Source of the DNA: Rhodospirillaceae bacterium
Lineage (GTDB): Bacteria; Pseudomonadota; Alphaproteobacteria; Rhodospirillales; Magnetospirillaceae
Length of the DNA: 64,000 nt
NCBI GenBank assembly: GCA_031290545.1
Contig: JAITNJ010000012.1
Span: 20,273-84,272 of the forward strand
Direction of reading: 5' to 3'
Shown here: positions 53,575-64,000 of the stretch, piece after piece
Layout: every line of letters starts with the position of its first letter
Numbering within the stretch: position 1 is the stretch's first letter
The notes under the pieces: model-generated
Databases searched by the model: none
The model's input: the letters and a program-made list of their open reading frames with translations, nothing else
Told to the model about the DNA's origin: nothing
Program-made: the position numbers and the translations under genes

Positions 53575-55359
53575 CATGGCAGCGATCAAAGCAGAGTGTG
53601 GAATTTCTACCTTACCGAATCGACGCATTCGTTTTTTACCTTCTTTCTGTTTCTCTAAAAGCTTACGTTTACGAGTAATATCTCCACCATAACATTTAGC
53701 AAGAACATCTTTTCTAAGCGCTGATATATTTTCACGTGCAATTATACGTCCACCAATTACAGCTTGAATTGAAATTGGAAACATTTGCCTAGGAATCAAT
53801 TCTCTGAGTTTGATACAAATTGATCGACCTCTGGCTTCAGCTTGTCCTCTATGAGAGATAAACGCCATGGTGTCAATAGATTCAGAGTTAACCAAAATAG
53901 AAACTTTAATTAAATCACTTTCTTGATAGCTATCAATTGTATAATCAAAGCTAGCGTAACCATGACTTATTGACTTTAATCGATCATAAAAATCAAAGAC
54001 AATTTCGTTTAGTGGTATTTGATATATCACCATAGCTCGATTGCCGGAATAGGTTAAATTAATTTGTACACCACGTCGTTCGGTACATAATTGTAAGATT
54101 GATCCTAAATATTCATCAGGCACTATAATGTGCGCAGTAATCCACGGCTCCTCAATCTTTACTATTTTAATCATTTCCGGCATATCTGCTGGATTATGTA
54201 GTTCAATATGTTCACCATTTGTCAATTTAATACGATAAACTACCGACGGTGATGTAACAATCAGTTCGAGATTAAATTCACGCTCCAATCTCTCTTGAAT
54301 AATTTCAAGATGAAGAAGTCCTAAAAAGCCGCATCTAAATCCGAAACCAAGAGCATCTGATGTTTCTACCTTATATTCGAAACTTGAGTCATTCAGTCGT
54401 AATTTAGCCAACGAATCTCTCAGATTTTCAAAATTAGTAGTATCAACAGGAAATAATCCGCAGAATACTACTGGTAAAGTAGGTTTAAATCCTGGTAATG
54501 ACTTTTCTGCAGGTCGTTTCTCATCAGTAATAGTATCTCCAACTTCGCAATCAGCTACTGCTTTAATTGAAGCTTGAAGAAAACCAATTTCACCAGGATA
54601 AAGCATATCAGTGTGAACCATTTTTGGTGTAAAATAGCCAACGCTGTCAATCTGATAACTAGCCCCTGTATTCATCAAAAGAATTCTTTGACCCTTCTTC
54701 AATACACCATGTTTTATACGTACCAAAATGATAACACCAAGATAGCTATCATACCAACTGTCAATTAGTAATGCTTGCAGTTGTGCTGTGGCATCACCGA
54801 TCGGTGCTGGTAATTTAGTAACCAACATTTCAAGTACATCATCTATACCTATTCCCATTTTTGCTGAAATCATTACTGAGTTTGATGTATCCAGCCCAAT
54901 GACATCTTCAATTTGTTGTTTAATTAACTCTGGTTCAGCTGCAGGTAGATCAATCTTATTTAAGATAGGAATAATCTCGTGATTATTGTTAATCGCCTGA
55001 TAAACATTTGCCAAAGTTTGTGCTTCAACACCTTGACTTGCATCTACTACCAATAAAGTTCCTTCACAAGCAGCTAAAGATCTATTAACTTCATAGGCAA
55101 AGTCAACATGACCTGGGGTATCCATTAAATTAAGCTGATAGGTCAAATCATCCTTAGCCCTATAAATTAATCTGACCGTTTGAGCCTTAATTGTAATACC
55201 ACGCTCTCGTTCAATATCCATTGAATCGAGAATCTGATCACGCATTTCACGATCTTCAATACCACCACATTTTTGAATAAGACGATCAGCTAATGTTGAT
55301 TTGCCGTGATCAATATGAGCAATAATAGCAAAATTTCGAATATGAGTAAGTTTAGTCAT
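53557..55359 (-). CDS. lepA: Translation elongation factor 4 (LepA)
   Basis: [33 protein letters not shown] and the LepA-specific C-terminus. I prefer ATG 55359; the track start at 55368 is a TTG. Confidence 0.96.
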   Translation of the reverse strand: MTKLTHIRNFAIIAHIDHGKSTLADRLIQKCGGIEDREMRDQILDSMDIERERGITIKAQTVRLIYRAKDDLTYQLNLMDTPGHVDFAYEVNRSLAACEGTLLVVDASQGVEAQTLANVYQAINNNHEIIPILNKIDLPAAEPELIKQQIEDVIGLDTSNSVMISAKMGIGIDDVLEMLVTKLPAPIGDATAQLQALLIDSWYDSYLGVIILVRIKHGVLKKGQRILLMNTGASYQIDSVGYFTPKMVHTDMLYPGEIGFLQASIKAVADCEVGDTITDEKRPAEKSLPGFKPTLPVVFCGLFPVDTTNFENLRDSLAKLRLNDSSFEYKVETSDALGFGFRCGFLGLLHLEIIQERLEREFNLELIVTSPSVVYRIKLTNGEHIELHNPADMPEMIKIVKIEEPWITAHIIVPDEYLGSILQLCTERRGVQINLTYSGNRAMVIYQIPLNEIVFDFYDRLKSISHGYASFDYTIDSYQESDLIKVSILVNSESIDTMAFISHRGQAEARGRSICIKLRELIPRQMFPISIQAVIGGRIIARENISALRKDVLAKCYGGDITRKRKLLEKQKEGKKRMRRFGKVEIPHSALIAAMKIDYN

Positions 55360-55455
55360 TAATCTCAACAGTTAATAGTTTTCAAATCAAATGATTACAT
55401 AATCATCCTAATACTTATATATTAACTATATTAACAATTATTTTTATTTTAAATT

Positions 55456-57852
55456 TCATTTACGAAGCATACCGCCAGTTGCCTTGTTAACTGCATTGTT
55501 GATTCTAGTAGCAATTTCTTCAATTTCAATTTCAGTTAGCGTCTTCTTAGTTGGCTGTATAGTAACCTGAATACCCAAACTTTTTTTATCATTTCCGATA
55601 CTAGAATCTTTATAAAGATCAAACAAAATTATGTCACTAATTAATGCTTTATCTACACTTTTTGCAGCGCGTATAACAGCATCTGCACTAACCGAATTAT
55701 CAACAACAAAAGCGAAATCGCGTTCGATCGCTTGAAGTGGCGAAATTTTTAATAGAGTTCTGTTTTTATTTGTTCGTGTCCTTAACGATGGCAAGGCATC
55801 TATATATAATTCGAAACCAACCACTAATTCTTTTATATCTAAACTATCTAGAATACGCGGATGAATTTCACCAAAAACAGCTATTATATTAGATCCAAGC
55901 TTAATAGTGCCTGAACGTCCTGGATGATACCAACAAGGTGCATCAATTATTACATGTAACCCTTCAATAGATCCACCAGATGCAACTATAGAATCAAATA
56001 TATCAGCCTTAACATCAAAAATATCAACAGAACGTACTGTCTCAGCCCAATGCCTTACAACTGCATGTCCAGATCTTATTCCTGAAACAACTAGTTTTTG
56101 ATCCTCCTCTCGATCTCCATGAAACTCTGGACCCAATTCAAATAAAGCTACATTTTTTAAACCATGCTCAGCATTATGACCGACAGCAATAACAAGATTT
56201 GCTAATACCGATGGACGCATTAAATCGAGATTACTTGAAATTGGATTAATTAATTTTAACGAAGGATTTATTTCTCCGAACATTGACGCTAAATCTGATG
56301 ACATGAATGACCAAGTAACAGTCTCAACAAGACCTCTCGCCGCCAGATTACGGCGTATCCAACTTATCCGTCTCTGTAATGTGGTTACTATCGGAGATAG
56401 TGTCTCAGGACGCGGCAACGCAACTGTTGGAATATTTTCATATCCATGAAGGCGGGTAATTTCTTCGACTAAATCTTGTTCTATTTTAAGATCAGTACGC
56501 CAATACGGTGGCATTACTAAATAGAAATTTTTGACCTTTCTTATTGTGCATCCAAGAGCCTCTAATTTCTGAAGCATAATATTTTCTGATATTGTAACAC
56601 CACATAATTGTTCAACTAAATATGGATAAAATTTAATTTCTTTATTATTATTTATAGATGGCACGGCCCCAACAATGATAGGCTCTGAAGCTTCGCCACC
56701 GCACAATTCAATAATCATTCTTGTTGCCAATTCCATACCATCAATCACTAAATTTGGATCGATTCCACGTTCAAAACAACGACAAGTATCATTATCGATT
56801 TTTAGTTTTTTCCCGGTATCAGCGGTACGAAATTTATCAAAATAAGCAGATTCTAAAAATACATCTGTAGTATCACTAGATACTTTGGTAAAGTCACCGC
56901 CAATTACACCGGCTAAAGATTGTGGACCAATGTCATCTGCAATCACAGTCATTTCATATTCAAGCTCATATTCTTTGCCATTTAATGCTACAAAAATCTC
57001 ACCAGATCGAGCAGATCGCACTATAATATTACCTGAAAGTTTACTGGCATCGAACACATGAAGTGGACGAGCTAAATCTAAAGTGAAGTAATTGGTAATA
57101 TCAACTAGTGCTGAAATTGAATGCAGACCAACAGCATTCAATAAATCTTTTAACCAAGTTGGACTTTCACCATTATGCAAACCACGAATAACTCTACCTG
57201 CAAACAAATAACACGCATTATTCATTGTATTTGGAAAATCAAAACTAACATTAATTGGACTAGCAAACGTATTTTTCAAAGGTTCTAACAATAATGGTCT
57301 TAATTTACCTATACCAGCCGCTTCCAGATCACGAGCAATACCACGAACACAAAAACAATCAGTACGATTTGGTGTAATGTTCACATCGATCATTGGATCT
57401 AACGCTTTACTTAAGCGTTCACCAACAGCCGCATTACTTGGTAATTCAATAATACCAAAATTATTCTCACCTATTAATAATTCTCTATCTGAACACATCA
57501 TTGCCTGTGATTCAATACCACGAACGTTACTTTTCTTTAAAACTTTACTAGTTGCTGGGATCTTAGAGCCTGGTAAGGCAACTGCAACTTTAAGACCAAT
57601 TTTCACATTCGTTGCGCCACATACTATTTGTAAGGTCTCGCTACCAATTGAAACTCTACACAATTGCAGACTATCTGCATTTGGATGAGGAATTACTTCA
57701 ATCACTTGTCCAATAACAAAACCATCTAAAGAAGTTAAAAAATCATCAAAAGATTCAACTTCAAAGCCAAGCATAGTTAATCGCTTAACGATATCTTCAA
57801 CATCTACATTTATATCGAGATGACGCTTTAACCAAGAAATTGTAAATTTCAT
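55456..57852 (-). CDS. pheT: Phenylalanine--tRNA ligase beta subunit
   Basis: 798 aa with [13 protein letters not shown], followed by tRNA-binding, B3/4, B5 and FDX-ACB domain order. Its ATG overlaps the pheS TGA (ATGA). Confidence 0.95.
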   Translation of the reverse strand: MKFTISWLKRHLDINVDVEDIVKRLTMLGFEVESFDDFLTSLDGFVIGQVIEVIPHPNADSLQLCRVSIGSETLQIVCGATNVKIGLKVAVALPGSKIPATSKVLKKSNVRGIESQAMMCSDRELLIGENNFGIIELPSNAAVGERLSKALDPMIDVNITPNRTDCFCVRGIARDLEAAGIGKLRPLLLEPLKNTFASPINVSFDFPNTMNNACYLFAGRVIRGLHNGESPTWLKDLLNAVGLHSISALVDITNYFTLDLARPLHVFDASKLSGNIIVRSARSGEIFVALNGKEYELEYEMTVIADDIGPQSLAGVIGGDFTKVSSDTTDVFLESAYFDKFRTADTGKKLKIDNDTCRCFERGIDPNLVIDGMELATRMIIELCGGEASEPIIVGAVPSINNNKEIKFYPYLVEQLCGVTISENIMLQKLEALGCTIRKVKNFYLVMPPYWRTDLKIEQDLVEEITRLHGYENIPTVALPRPETLSPIVTTLQRRISWIRRNLAARGLVETVTWSFMSSDLASMFGEINPSLKLINPISSNLDLMRPSVLANLVIAVGHNAEHGLKNVALFELGPEFHGDREEDQKLVVSGIRSGHAVVRHWAETVRSVDIFDVKADIFDSIVASGGSIEGLHVIIDAPCWYHPGRSGTIKLGSNIIAVFGEIHPRILDSLDIKELVVGFELYIDALPSLRTRTNKNRTLLKISPLQAIERDFAFVVDNSVSADAVIRAAKSVDKALISDIILFDLYKDSSIGNDKKSLGIQVTIQPTKKTLTEIEIEEIATRINNAVNKATGGMLRK

Positions 57853-58949
57853 CTAGAAAGCCCACCAAGAATAGTTGGTATATCAAGTGGCATAAACCCA
57901 TAATGTTTAAGCCAGCGTAAATCTGAACAGAAAAAATTACGAAGATCTGGAATACCATATTTCAACATTGCAATTCGTTCTATACCCATACCAAAAGCAA
58001 AACCCTGATATTTACTAGGATCTATATTACAATTACTAAGCACTTCAGGATGAACCATGCCACAGCCAAGAATTTCAAGCCAGTCGGTTCCTAAGCCAAT
58101 CTTTAATTCACCGTTATTTCTTAAACATCCAATATCAACTTCTGCAGACGGTTCGGTAAAAGGAAAGAAAGATGGGCGAAAGCGTACTGGCACACTATGT
58201 ATTTCAAAGTAAGTTTTTACAAATTCAATCAAACATCCCTTAAGATGGCTCATATTTATTGTTTTCTCAATAACAAGACCTTCAACTTGATTAAACATTG
58301 GAGTATGAGTCATATCGAAATCACGCCTATAAACACGTCCAGGAGAAATTATTCTAATTGGTGGATTCTGAATCAACATAGTTCGAACTTGCACAGTCGA
58401 AGTATGAGTCCGTAATAAAAGTTGTGAGTCATTTCTTTTTCCTGGTAAAAAGAAAGTGTCAAACATACGTCGAGCTGGATGTTTATCAGGAAAATTCAGA
58501 GCCTTAAAGTTATTCTCATCATTCTCAATATCTGGCCCTTCTGCTAAAATGAAGCCCATTTGACCAAATATTGCAATAACCTCATCAATAGTTTGACTTA
58601 TGGGATGAATACGACCAACTCTTTCATTGCGAACTGGAAGAGTAATGTCAATTTGTTCGTAACCCAAACGTTCATTTAAGATTTGTTCTTCAAGTATTAT
58701 TTTTCGAACATTAATAGCATCTGAAATGGTAATTTTAGCATCATTTAGTGTTAAACCTATTTTCTTTCTAGCATCATTTGAAGAAAAGCCACATATCAAT
58801 CCCATAAGTATCGAAATCGATCCTCTCTTACCAAGAGTGGATACACGTATATGCTCCAATTCATCTAGATTTTTGATCTTAGAAATAGTTTGCAGTGAAT
58901 TATCAATCAATAATTCGACATTTTTAATTATGTCTTCTAATTTGTCCAT
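57849..58949 (-). CDS. pheS: Phenylalanine--tRNA ligase alpha subunit
   Basis: [22 protein letters not shown] and [18 protein letters not shown] class II motifs. I prefer ATG 58949 (MDKLEDII); the track start at 58958 is a TTG. Confidence 0.95.
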   Translation of the reverse strand: MDKLEDIIKNVELLIDNSLQTISKIKNLDELEHIRVSTLGKRGSISILMGLICGFSSNDARKKIGLTLNDAKITISDAINVRKIILEEQILNERLGYEQIDITLPVRNERVGRIHPISQTIDEVIAIFGQMGFILAEGPDIENDENNFKALNFPDKHPARRMFDTFFLPGKRNDSQLLLRTHTSTVQVRTMLIQNPPIRIISPGRVYRRDFDMTHTPMFNQVEGLVIEKTINMSHLKGCLIEFVKTYFEIHSVPVRFRPSFFPFTEPSAEVDIGCLRNNGELKIGLGTDWLEILGCGMVHPEVLSNCNIDPSKYQGFAFGMGIERIAMLKYGIPDLRNFFCSDLRWLKHYGFMPLDIPTILGGLSR

Positions 58950-58971
58950 TGATTTCAACTTTCACACAAGT

Positions 58972-59010
58972 AAAATAGAGGGAGTCGTCATAAAACTACC
59001 CCCTCTTTTA
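58972..59010 (-). terminator. G/C-containing hairpin between rplT and pheS (agaggg/ccctct core); possible rplT terminator or attenuator
   Basis: On the coding strand it reads taaaagaggg-(18 nt)-ccctctatttta, followed by a short T-rich stretch. It is the only G/C-rich stem in this spacer. Confidence 0.35.
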
Positions 59011-59070
59011 ACATATCAGAATCAATTAATAGACTAAACTCATCAATAAAAGTGATTTTAGGCAACACCA

Positions 59071-59424
59071 TTAAGAGCTTGCATTTGCTTTATCAACTAA
59101 CATCTTAAATGCTTCTGGATTACGAATCGCGATATCTGATAACACTTTTCGATCAAGTTCGATCCCAATCTTCTTTATTCCACACATAAAGCTACTATAA
59201 TCCATACCATTCTGACGGGCACCAGCATTTATACGTTGAATCCACAAAGAACGAAAATTTCGCTTTCGTTGTCGACGATCGCGATATGCATAGCAAAGCG
59301 CTTTCTCTACTCTTTCAATAGCAATGCGAAAGTTAGTGCTAGAACGACCTCGATAACCTTTGGCTAGTTTGAGAATTTTTCGATGACGAGCGTGTGAAGT
59401 AACGCCCCGTTTTACACGTGCCAT
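59071..59424 (-). CDS. rplT: 50S ribosomal protein L20
   Basis: [27 protein letters not shown] is a canonical L20 N-terminus. Confidence 0.97.
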   Translation of the reverse strand: MARVKRGVTSHARHRKILKLAKGYRGRSSTNFRIAIERVEKALCYAYRDRRQRKRNFRSLWIQRINAGARQNGMDYSSFMCGIKKIGIELDRKVLSDIAIRNPEAFKMLVDKANASS

Positions 59425-59427
59425 AAA

Positions 59428-59631
59428 TCAGGCTCCGTAAGGTAAGTAAAATTTTTTAATATTATGTGCATCTGCAGTTGAAACAATAAATGTTCCGCGA
59501 TGCTGACGCTTCATTTTTGAAGTTTTAGCTGACAATTGATGACGTTTAAAAGCCACATTTGCCCGAACATTACCAAGACTAGTAATTCGAAAGCGTTTTT
59601 TAGCTGAACTCTTCGTCTTCATTTTTGGCAC
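59428..59631 (-). CDS. rpmI: 50S ribosomal protein L35
   Basis: A GTG start gives MPKMKTKSSAKKRF, a canonical L35 N-terminus. AAGGAA lies 9 nt upstream. Confidence 0.95.
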   Translation of the reverse strand: MPKMKTKSSAKKRFRITSLGNVRANVAFKRHQLSAKTSKMKRQHRGTFIVSTADAHNIKKFYLPYGA

Positions 59632-59975
59632 AATTTTAACTTCCTTTTTAACCTATACTTGAGCAAATAAGAAAACTTCACATACAATTAACTATCAATC
59701 ATTTAGCTCGCAAAGTGTAAACTCATAATCAAACAATTGCAAGCCTGCGAGACAACACATCAACATAGTTGATTTATTTCTCAACAAACCATCCTAATTT
59801 TAATTAAGAATTTGTAAAATCATAAGAAAAAACGTTCTCTAAACTTAGCTTTTTCATCAAATGATTAATTACAAATCCATATATCAATTGAATAACTTAT
59901 ATTATTACAATACAAGAACCACATTTCTAAATGTTTTATATATCATAATACATTTATTTACACCAATAACTTTAA

Positions 59976-60521
59976 TTAACGAGGTGCTATAATCATAATC
60001 ATTTGACGACCTTCCATTTTAGGAAATTGCTCCACCTTATTCATGTTATCCAACTGTTCACGAATACGATCAAATAATTTTATACCTAGATCTTGATGTG
60101 CCATTTCGCGTCCACGAAAACGCAATGTTAATTTTACCTTACAGCCTTCATCAAGAAATTTACGTATAGCGCGTAATTTTACCTCATAGTCGTTATCGTC
60201 AATATTAGGATGAAATTTAATCTCTTTTACTTCAATTATTTTTTGCTTCTTGCGAGCCTCTGCTTTCTTTTTTTGAATTTCATATTTGTATTTTCCATAA
60301 TCAATAATTTTACAAACTGGAGGATCAGCATTCGGTGAAACTTCAATAAGATCCAACCAAACAGTCGCTGCCATATTAAGCCCCTCACTAAGAGAAACAA
60401 TTCCAACATCTTCTCCATCTTCATTAATCAGTCGAATCATGCTAGAATTTATTTCGTTATTGATACGCGGAGCATCTTTATTTTTTTTTGCTGGTATAGA
60501 TGGTATAGAAATATTAACTAT
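59976..60521 (-). CDS. infC: Translation initiation factor IF-3, probably starting at a non-AUG codon (ATA 60521 or ATT 60512)
   Basis: The track ORF (first ATG at 60440) lacks the conserved IF-3 N-terminus. The same frame stays open upstream to a TAA at 60539-60537 and encodes ...[31 protein letters not shown], matching the RINEEI..VRLI motif. AGGAGAG (60533-60527) lies 5 nt upstream of the ATA. Confidence 0.85.
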   Translation of the reverse strand: MVNISIPSIPAKKNKDAPRINNEINSSMIRLINEDGEDVGIVSLSEGLNMAATVWLDLIEVSPNADPPVCKIIDYGKYKYEIQKKKAEARKKQKIIEVKEIKFHPNIDDNDYEVKLRAIRKFLDEGCKVKLTLRFRGREMAHQDLGIKLFDRIREQLDNMNKVEQFPKMEGRQMIMIIAPR

Positions 60522-60614
60522 GTAAACTCTCCTATATTAATATAAATTAAATAATCAATACGTCATCATTATCTTTTTTAAACTAACAATAAATGAATAG
60601 TTTGTAGAGAATCA

Positions 60615-62525
60615 TTAATTGCGATAAGCTTCATTTGTTAATAAACTAACTGCATCTTCTAGTGCAAGAATTTCTTTAATTTCATTACCAAGACGTCGTA
60701 TCGCTACAGTATTAGTTTCAACTTCATGATTACCGACAATCAACAAAATTGGCACTTTAGCGAAATAATGCTCGCGAATTTTATAATTGATCTTTTCGTT
60801 CCTAAGGTCAAGATCAACTCGTAAACCAACTTTTTTCATTCTAGAAAAAACCAAATTCGCGTAATCATCAGCTTTATTAGTGATAGTTGCTATTATTAAC
60901 TGTACAGGAGCCAACCATAATGGAAACCTACCTGCATGATGTTCAATTAAAATACCAATAAAACGCTCAAATGAACCGAGAATAGCACGGTGTATCATAA
61001 CAGGATTTTTCTTTTTACCATTTTCAGAAATATATGTAGCATCAAGACATTTTGGCATTACAAAGTCTACTTGTAACGTTCCACATTGCCAATCACGTCC
61101 AATAGCATCACGCAATACGAATTCAAGTTTTGGACCATAAAAAGTACCTTCTCCAGGGTTACGTGTAACCTCTAAACCAGCTACATTTGCTGCATCTAGT
61201 AAAGCACTTTCTGCTTTATTCCAAATCTCATCAGAACCAGCACGAATTGCTGGACGATCAGAAAATCTTACACGAACCTCATCAAAACCAAAATCTCTAT
61301 ATACAATTTTAAGTAATTCACAAAAAGATACAGTTTCTGAAGTAATTTGATCTTCAGTACAAAAAATATGAGCATCATCTTGAGTAAAAGCACGCACTCG
61401 CATAATACCATGCATCGCACCAGATGGTTCATACCGATGACACGATCCAAACTCTGCCATACGCATAGGGAGATCACGATAACTACGAATACCGGCCCTA
61501 AAAATCTGTACATGACATGGACAGCTCATTGGCTTAATAGCTAATGTTCGTTCATCGGGAGTCTGTATAGTAAACATATTTGTACCAAATTTTTCCCAAT
61601 GACCAGATGCTTCCCACAATGAACGATCAAGCAATTGAGGAGTTTTCACTTCTACATATTTAGCTTTCTCCAATTTATTACGAAGATAATTTTCAACAAT
61701 TCTCCATAACGTCCATCCATTTGGATGCCAAAAAACACTACCTATTGCTTCGTCTTGCTGATGAAACAGATTCATCTCACGACCTAAACGACGATGATCT
61801 CGTTTTTCTGCTTCTTTTCTAATATTAATGTATGATTTTAGATCAGTATCATTAAACCAAGCTGTGCCATAAATACGCTGTAGCATTTCTTTTCGCGAAT
61901 CGCCGTGCCAATAAGCACCAGCAACGTTCATCAGCTTGAAAGCTTTTCCTAGTTTTGCTGTAGATGGTAAGTGAGGCCCGCGACATAAATCAATAAATTT
62001 ACCTTGACGATAAAGACTGATCGTTTGATCTATTGGAATTGAAGCAATTATTTCAGCCTTATATTTCTCGTTTATTCCTTCGAAAAAAGCAATAGCATCG
62101 TCACGAGCCCACTCTTCACGCGTGATAGTCTCGTTGCGTGCAACAATTTCGCACATACGAACTTCAATCTTTTCAAGATCATCAGGAATAAATGAAATGG
62201 ATCGAGCAAAATCATAATAAAAACCATTGTCAATCGAAGGTCCAATAGTCACTTGACTTTCAGGATAAAGTTCCTTAACAGCCTCTGCCATTACGTGAGA
62301 CGCGCTATGACGTAATAACATCAAAGCATCAGAATCGCGACAAGTAACAATGTAGATTGTTGCATCAACAGCAATAACAGTTGAAAGATCCATTAACTTT
62401 CCATTGACACGTAAAGCTAGTGCATGTTTTTCAAAACACGCACTAATATCTCTGGCAATTTCACTACCAGTTACTGGATGGTCATAGTAACGTAAACTTT
62501 CATCAGGTAGAGTAATAACAATCAT
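60615..62525 (-). CDS. thrS: Threonine--tRNA ligase
   Basis: 636 aa with a TGS domain N-terminus ([24 protein letters not shown]), the editing-domain [10 protein letters not shown], class II motifs ([45 protein letters not shown]) and an anticodon-binding C-terminus. Confidence 0.96.
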   Translation of the reverse strand: MIVITLPDESLRYYDHPVTGSEIARDISACFEKHALALRVNGKLMDLSTVIAVDATIYIVTCRDSDALMLLRHSASHVMAEAVKELYPESQVTIGPSIDNGFYYDFARSISFIPDDLEKIEVRMCEIVARNETITREEWARDDAIAFFEGINEKYKAEIIASIPIDQTISLYRQGKFIDLCRGPHLPSTAKLGKAFKLMNVAGAYWHGDSRKEMLQRIYGTAWFNDTDLKSYINIRKEAEKRDHRRLGREMNLFHQQDEAIGSVFWHPNGWTLWRIVENYLRNKLEKAKYVEVKTPQLLDRSLWEASGHWEKFGTNMFTIQTPDERTLAIKPMSCPCHVQIFRAGIRSYRDLPMRMAEFGSCHRYEPSGAMHGIMRVRAFTQDDAHIFCTEDQITSETVSFCELLKIVYRDFGFDEVRVRFSDRPAIRAGSDEIWNKAESALLDAANVAGLEVTRNPGEGTFYGPKLEFVLRDAIGRDWQCGTLQVDFVMPKCLDATYISENGKKKNPVMIHRAILGSFERFIGILIEHHAGRFPLWLAPVQLIIATITNKADDYANLVFSRMKKVGLRVDLDLRNEKINYKIREHYFAKVPILLIVGNHEVETNTVAIRRLGNEIKEILALEDAVSLLTNEAYRN

Positions 62526-62784
62526 ATACGCGGTTACTCGCTCTTCAAAGATCGTATAGTTGTAATATGATTAATCAAAAATCGATCTAAACTCGACTAA
62601 CAAATTTCTAAAACTAATAAACATAAAAACAATCAAACCAATTTAATATTAATACAACTCTTTTTCTAAAACGAGATTATAGTAATTAGCTTATAAATCA
62701 CTATACATGTGTGATTATCTTATTTAATGTTGTTGACTAATTTCATGATATTGAAATTTTTTAAAAAATTAAATATTTTTTTCA

Positions 62785-63726
62785 TTATTCATAATGAACA
62801 GATAACTCATTCTTTAAAACAGATATTACAGTTGTAACTGTAATATCTGTCAAATTATTACATTTTAATACAATAGCTGAGCCGCGTGGTGTACATAAAA
62901 AATTATTATCTGAAATTTTATTAGAAAGTAATACTATCGATCGACAACCAGATGTAGAAATTAAGTACATTGGTCCAGTATCATTGCCAACAGCCACTAT
63001 AGCATTACGCGCCAACACAATGATATCAGAAAAACTAGTCTGATTAAGTAATGACAATGCCGATGGACACTTATTAATGATCGCTTGAATCTGATCAACG
63101 TCGTTCTTGGTACCAAGAACGACTGGAATAATTCCATTTTTTATAAAATAATTAGCAATTTCACCATAGCGATCAGATTGCCAACGTTTGCAAGATCTTC
63201 GCGATGAACACCCAGGCACTATCAAAGAATACCTAGGCGGTAAATTAAATCTCTTAACATCAGCTTTCACCCATGATAAATCTGATATTGGCGTTATTGG
63301 TATGTTAGCCATAGCAAGTTGTTCTGCCTGACGTTCAATATTATGAATAGAATTACGAATTGGATTAGCATGCGGATGAGAGCAATTACGTGCAATTCCA
63401 GACCAAGGAGGTTTTTTCATAATACGAAAATAAGATGAGCTACGATTTGATGTTTGCAAATCATAGACCATGTCAAAAGCAACTGATCTTAATTTTTTGC
63501 TAAATTTTATAAAATTAGATATGTTCCATATATGACATTTAGGATCAATCCAAATTTCATCAAAATAAGGACTTTGCTTAGCCAAAGCAACAAAAGCATG
63601 TGTCGTTAATAATGTGATTTTTGCTTCAGAATGATGATTACGAATTGCAGCGAACGGTCCAATAGATTGAATAAAATCACCTAATGCAGATAATTTGATA
63701 ACAAGAATACGTTTTTGTTCATTCAT
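62785..63726 (-). CDS. Glycosyltransferase family 9 (LPS heptosyltransferase-like)
   Basis: 313 aa. ILVIKLSALGDFIQSIGPFAAIRNHH and VGNDTGPMYL are GT9 signatures. Confidence 0.75.
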   Translation of the reverse strand: MNEQKRILVIKLSALGDFIQSIGPFAAIRNHHSEAKITLLTTHAFVALAKQSPYFDEIWIDPKCHIWNISNFIKFSKKLRSVAFDMVYDLQTSNRSSSYFRIMKKPPWSGIARNCSHPHANPIRNSIHNIERQAEQLAMANIPITPISDLSWVKADVKRFNLPPRYSLIVPGCSSRRSCKRWQSDRYGEIANYFIKNGIIPVVLGTKNDVDQIQAIINKCPSALSLLNQTSFSDIIVLARNAIVAVGNDTGPMYLISTSGCRSIVLLSNKISDNNFLCTPRGSAIVLKCNNLTDITVTTVISVLKNELSVHYE

Positions 63727-63748
63727 TTTTCGCTAGCTATTACATCAA

Positions 63749-64000
63749 TCATGATAAGATCTCGACATAAACATCGAGCGTACGCTTACACATCAATTCT
63801 CGAGTAAAATTATTTCTGACAAATTCAATAGCCTTAGTAGCTCGAACTTTTTTTTCAATCGAATCAAGATCCAATATGTAATTTAAAGCTGATGATAATG
63901 CAATGGGATTGTTTGGTGGAATCAATATCCCAGTTAAGCCATCTAACATATTTTCACAAGCCGCACCATTGTTAGTAGCTACTACTTGTCGTCCCATAGC
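63749..64000 (-). CDS. Glycosyltransferase family 1, C-terminal fragment (the gene continues beyond the window edge)
   Basis: The frame is open to position 64000. GRQVVATNNGAACENMLDGLTGILIPPNNPIALSSAL is the GT1 (GT4-type) C-terminal E-x7-E-like region. Confidence 0.6.
   Translation of the reverse strand, partial: AMGRQVVATNNGAACENMLDGLTGILIPPNNPIALSSALNYILDLDSIEKKVRATKAIEFVRNNFTRELMCKRTLDVYVEILS

Noticed and set aside
58950-59070. pheM-like Phe-rich leader peptide / attenuator between rplT and pheS, as in E. coli
   Set aside because: Translating the spacer on the coding strand gives only mini-ORFs MSLVY*, MLKEGVVL* and MTTPSILLV*. None contains a run of Phe codons. Only a single hairpin is present, and I list it as a possible terminator.

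Overview
This window reads as contiguous core chromosome from an AT-rich, apparently genome-reduced Gram-negative bacterium (about one-third G+C by eye, not computed). Gene content and local synteny look alphaproteobacterial: atpHAGDC next to priA and xerC, DUF374-waaA-lpxK-lpxL, a DUF3035/BamF-like lipoprotein after ribF-ileS-lspA, DUF1178, and yfgM-bamB-der. I cannot name the taxon without a database search. I support 57 protein-coding genes and one tRNA-Gly(GCC). They cover translation and RNA metabolism (trmD, rimM, rpsP, ffh, trmB, nusA-infB-rbfA-truB-rpsO-pnp, der, ileS, lepA, thrS-infC-rpmI-rplT-pheS-pheT), F1 ATP synthase, priA, xerC, nadK, fbp, guaA, tag, metK, ribF, ribB, queE and queD. 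They also cover outer-membrane and LPS functions (bamB, BamF-like, lptG, lspA, lpxL-family, lpxK, waaA, GT9, GT1), etfBA and a three-subunit complex II. Coding regions are separated by many long, very AT-rich spacers of 250-580 bp with no ORFs. Several gene ends carry long, near-perfect AT-rich palindromes. I saw no transposase, phage, CRISPR, toxin-antitoxin, restriction or other defence genes, and no rRNA. I did not find a convincing novel multi-gene system. The most unusual item is a Wolinella/Helicobacter-type (type B, dihaem, three-subunit) FrdCAB/SdhCAB complex II directly downstream of etfBA, where an alphaproteobacterium would normally have SdhCDAB. Secondary observations: a non-AUG infC start, a 20-bp hairpin in the rpsO-pnp leader, apparent loss of rimP and ylxR from the nusA operon, ribB without a visible FMN riboswitch, a perfect FNR/FixK-type box, a 14-bp tandem duplication at the truB start, and a long NMO-family protein of unclear role. 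All homology calls come from recognising motifs in the translated ORFs, not from searches.
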